This document shows, in pieces, positions 60,754 through 64,000 of a DNA stretch of 64,000 nucleotides. The position numbers were made by a program, and so were the translations under genes. The stretch is from Eledone cirrhosa (Eukaryota): assembly GCA_964016885.1 (NCBI GenBank), contig OZ024759.1:24366001-24430000 (forward strand), in the 5' to 3' direction. The stretch's first letter is position 1; each line of letters starts with the position of its first letter. The notes beneath the pieces were generated by a model. That model was not told the origin of the DNA, made no database searches, and was given only the letters and a program-made list of their open reading frames with translations.

Positions 60754-62580
60754 TTTATTTCAATCCACCACATATTATTTCAATCGCGTTTGAAAAAATA
60801 TGTGGCCATTTATTCTGTCACAAACCGTAGAGTCGAATAGTTAAAAAGGTTGCTTCGAAACCAGGAGATTTGGGTTTCGATTCCACTGTGTGGAATTTAG
60901 GACATTTGTCATTTACTATAGCCTTGTGTCGATCAAAGCTTTCTTAGTCGGAACCTATTCCAAAGGCTTTCAAATGGATGGCATCTTTAATTCAATGGTC
61001 TAGCCTTGTCACACACCATTTCATGCTGATTATGCCTGAGTATTATGATACATTAAGGATAGGTGATGAATTGGCAGGGTCGTTAGAACGTCGGATAGAA
61101 TGTTTGGTAGTATTGGTGACGGCTGTGAGTTGAAATCTCGTCGAGGCCATCTTTCCCTTTCATTCTTTCGAGATCGATAAAAAATAGTACCAGTCTAATA
61201 CTAGAATCGATTCTTGCTCTATATCTCTTTCTCCTCTCACCTCACTCTCACTCACTTTTTCTCACTTTCTTCCACTCCCCATCTTCTCTTTCTGCGTAAG
61301 AAATCAGTTGTGTTCTGGCCGTAAGTGGGATAGGCTTCGCCAAGACACTCCGTAATTTTGACATTTTGAAGAGTTAGAAGTTTTTTTTATATATATATAG
61401 GCGATGAATTGGCAGAGTCGTTAGAATGCCTTGTAGTATTTGGATAAAATGCTTTGCGGTATTCATTTCGGCTCTCTGCTTTCTCAATTCAAATCCCGCC
61501 GAGGTCAACTTTACATTTCATCCATTTGCAGTCGACAGAAACAAAAAAAAAAAAAAAAAAAAGGACCAGTCTAGTACTAGGCCGATTCTCTCTACGTCTC
61601 TTTCTCACTTTCTTTCTCTCACTCTCTATCTTTCTCTGAAAAAAAAAATCTGCTGTAGTTAGGACTGGGGACGGGATTGGCTCCTCCAAGTTTATAAATG
61701 TTCCAAGGAACACCCTATGTCAATATGGCGTTACGGGTCCATATCTATACCACCCATACATGACATTACATGAAGGGTACACGCGGCTGTAGTACACTCG
61801 GTCCTTTAAATGCTAATTCAATCAGTAGGTAGATCAGTTCATTGAACAGCTGAATACTCGAAGCTATACAGAGATTCATTGACTTATTCATATAAGTGTT
61901 TAACTTGAAACCTACGCTTTGTGGTAGTTCTTGATTCCTAACGCTGTATCATAAACTAATGTAAATTAATAGATGAAATTAATAGATCCGAAATAATTAG
62001 AGCAGAAAAAACTAGCTAGGTCTCGCCAGTGAATCAATGAACCAGTTGTTCGTATTTTTCTTTTATTTACTGTTTAATCGGAAATGAAAGTGCGAGACAG
62101 GATTTATATATATAAATATATAAATATATATAAATATATAATTATATAAATAAATATATAAATAAAATAAAAAGCTACTCCTAAGGCGACACGAAGCACA
62201 GAAGTTACTTTTCAGTTTTCGTAAATCTTTCGGGTATGATTTTTTTTTTAACAAAGGAGATTTGTATAGCTTAGGGGCTCGCCAAGTAGGAAATTCGGTA
62301 CTGGTGTGTGTGTAAGTGTCAGATTTAGGAGTCATAAGCTAAACAAAATCCTAAAACTTAGGAGCTCACAATTCACGGACATCTAAAACAAATTCGTTTT
62401 CAAGTTTTGTAAATCCTTCCTTCCGGTGTAAATTTTTAACAGGGGTTCTCCAAGCTTTATGTACATTTAGGGTCTAACAAAATGTAAATCTGGCACAGGG
62501 GAAAAGACAGAAACCATGATCTTTTTCAAGGACTTTGTAACTGGTGGGAAAGAGGGAGCAAAGAAAATATCATTATGTAC

Positions 62581-62623
<43 letters not shown>

Positions 62624-62631
62624 CGTGTGTG

Positions 62632-62662
<31 letters not shown>

Positions 62663-62719
62663 TTATGTGTTTCTCTGGCTATATTTACGTTTGTGCCTGC
62701 GCCTGTGTTATATCCTGTA

Positions 62720-62880
62720 ACTTAGCGGGTCAACAAATAAAGAGATCGATAAAATAAGTACAAATTTTGAAAAAAAATAAGTGCAGGGTCGATATGATCG
62801 ACTAAAATCCCTTCAAAGAAGTGTCCTAGCATGACTGCAGTCTAGTAACTGCAACCAGAACAGTATTAGCTAAAGATAAA
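62720..62880 (+). mobile_element. Old SINE 3' half ending in a tail related to the CR1-group LINE
   Basis: gatcgataaaataagtac...gtcgat..gatcgactaaaatcccttcaa...cctagcatgactgcagtc...actg; a related minus-strand piece lies at 45175-45262. Confidence 0.6.
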
Positions 62881-63155
62881 ACCCCGACGAGAAATGAAAT
62901 TCCAAAAATGGATGAAATTCCTAAAGAATAATTCTAATGACTTTCTCACAATCTTGAAGTAGATTTTAAGGGCCAGTGGTTTGAAAGACTAATATATTTC
63001 GCTTAAACTTTTATATAGCTAAATACATATATACCCCAAACTATATTAAATCAAATTATCCTCAATAGGGTATTAAGGAGTTGATGTAGTTCAAGAGCCT
63101 CGTCTCAGTTTAAGTGTAGATTAACGGAGATTATGTCTACAAGTCAATTTTGTCC

Positions 63156-63201
<46 letters not shown>

Positions 63202-63342
63202 ATATATGTATATATATGATTGTATATATATGTATATATATGTATGTACATATATGTACATATATATCTATGTACATATGTGTATGTATATATATGTATG
63301 TATGTATATATGTATATATATATATGTGTGTGTGCGTGTGTA

Positions 63343-63413
<71 letters not shown>

Positions 63414-63686
63414 GTATATATATGTATATATAACGATGTATATATATGTATATATATATATATCTATGTGTATATATATGTATATATATATGTATGTATA
63501 TGTTTGTAAATATATATATATATTCCCACGCACACTCACGCGCACACAACCGATGGTAACGTCTTTTTCCGTCTCTAAAGGGTCTTAACTCTATTTTATA
63601 AGTTATTTTATAGCATCTTCGCGCACGACCACATCATTCTTTATATCAAACATATATATGTATATATATGTGTGCATATATATACA

Positions 63687-63777
<91 letters not shown>

Positions 63778-63788
63778 ATATATATATA

Positions 63789-63950
63789 TCTTCTTCTAGG
63801 GCGGGTAAAATTCCCGAGATCCATGGACGAGTTCTCTCCAGCGGTCTCTGTCCCTCATTATCACTGCCATGTCCTGCGTCTCCAACAGACCAGTGTCTGT
63901 CCTTAGGGCATCAACATACGTTAACCTTGGTCTTCCTCTTCCAGTGTGTC
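63789..63950 (-). mobile_element. RTE-clade LINE 3' end
   Basis: [48 protein letters not shown] followed by a (GAA)n tail. Confidence 0.85.
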
Positions 63951-64000
63951 CATGAGACAAATATAAAGAATGCAGTTTTGTCCTGTAGAAGAGCCATCAA

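Noticed and set aside
62315-62496. Possible hAT-like MITE (gtgtcagatttag ... gtaaatctggcac)
   Set aside because: The TIR match is short and imperfect and there is no clear TSD.

Overview
This is AT-rich, repeat-dominated animal genomic DNA. Its SINE, LINE and microsatellite content strongly resembles an octopus (cephalopod) genome, which is an inference from repeat style. The only host protein-coding sequence I can support is the final, homeobox-containing exon of an Lbx/ladybird gene on the minus strand (4018..3618). I found no upstream exon, so the remaining ~60 kb is probably one very large intron. That region holds (TA)n/(CA)n/trinucleotide microsatellites, minisatellites, many copies of a young tRNA-derived SINE and older SINEs, truncated RTE, CR1-group and R4/Dong LINE 3' ends, and small MITEs. 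The most interesting signal is several unrelated families of short non-coding fold-back elements, mostly inserted in (TA)n tracts. They share one architecture: an inverted arm, a direct arm and an unpaired 60-100 nt tail containing a GAGTRC motif. Several carry minimal hammerhead ribozyme cores with covarying stems. This fits non-autonomous Penelope-like retroelement pLTR remnants. Almost all ORFs in the supplied track are microsatellite artefacts. All alignments were done by eye, and coordinates are approximate to a few bases.
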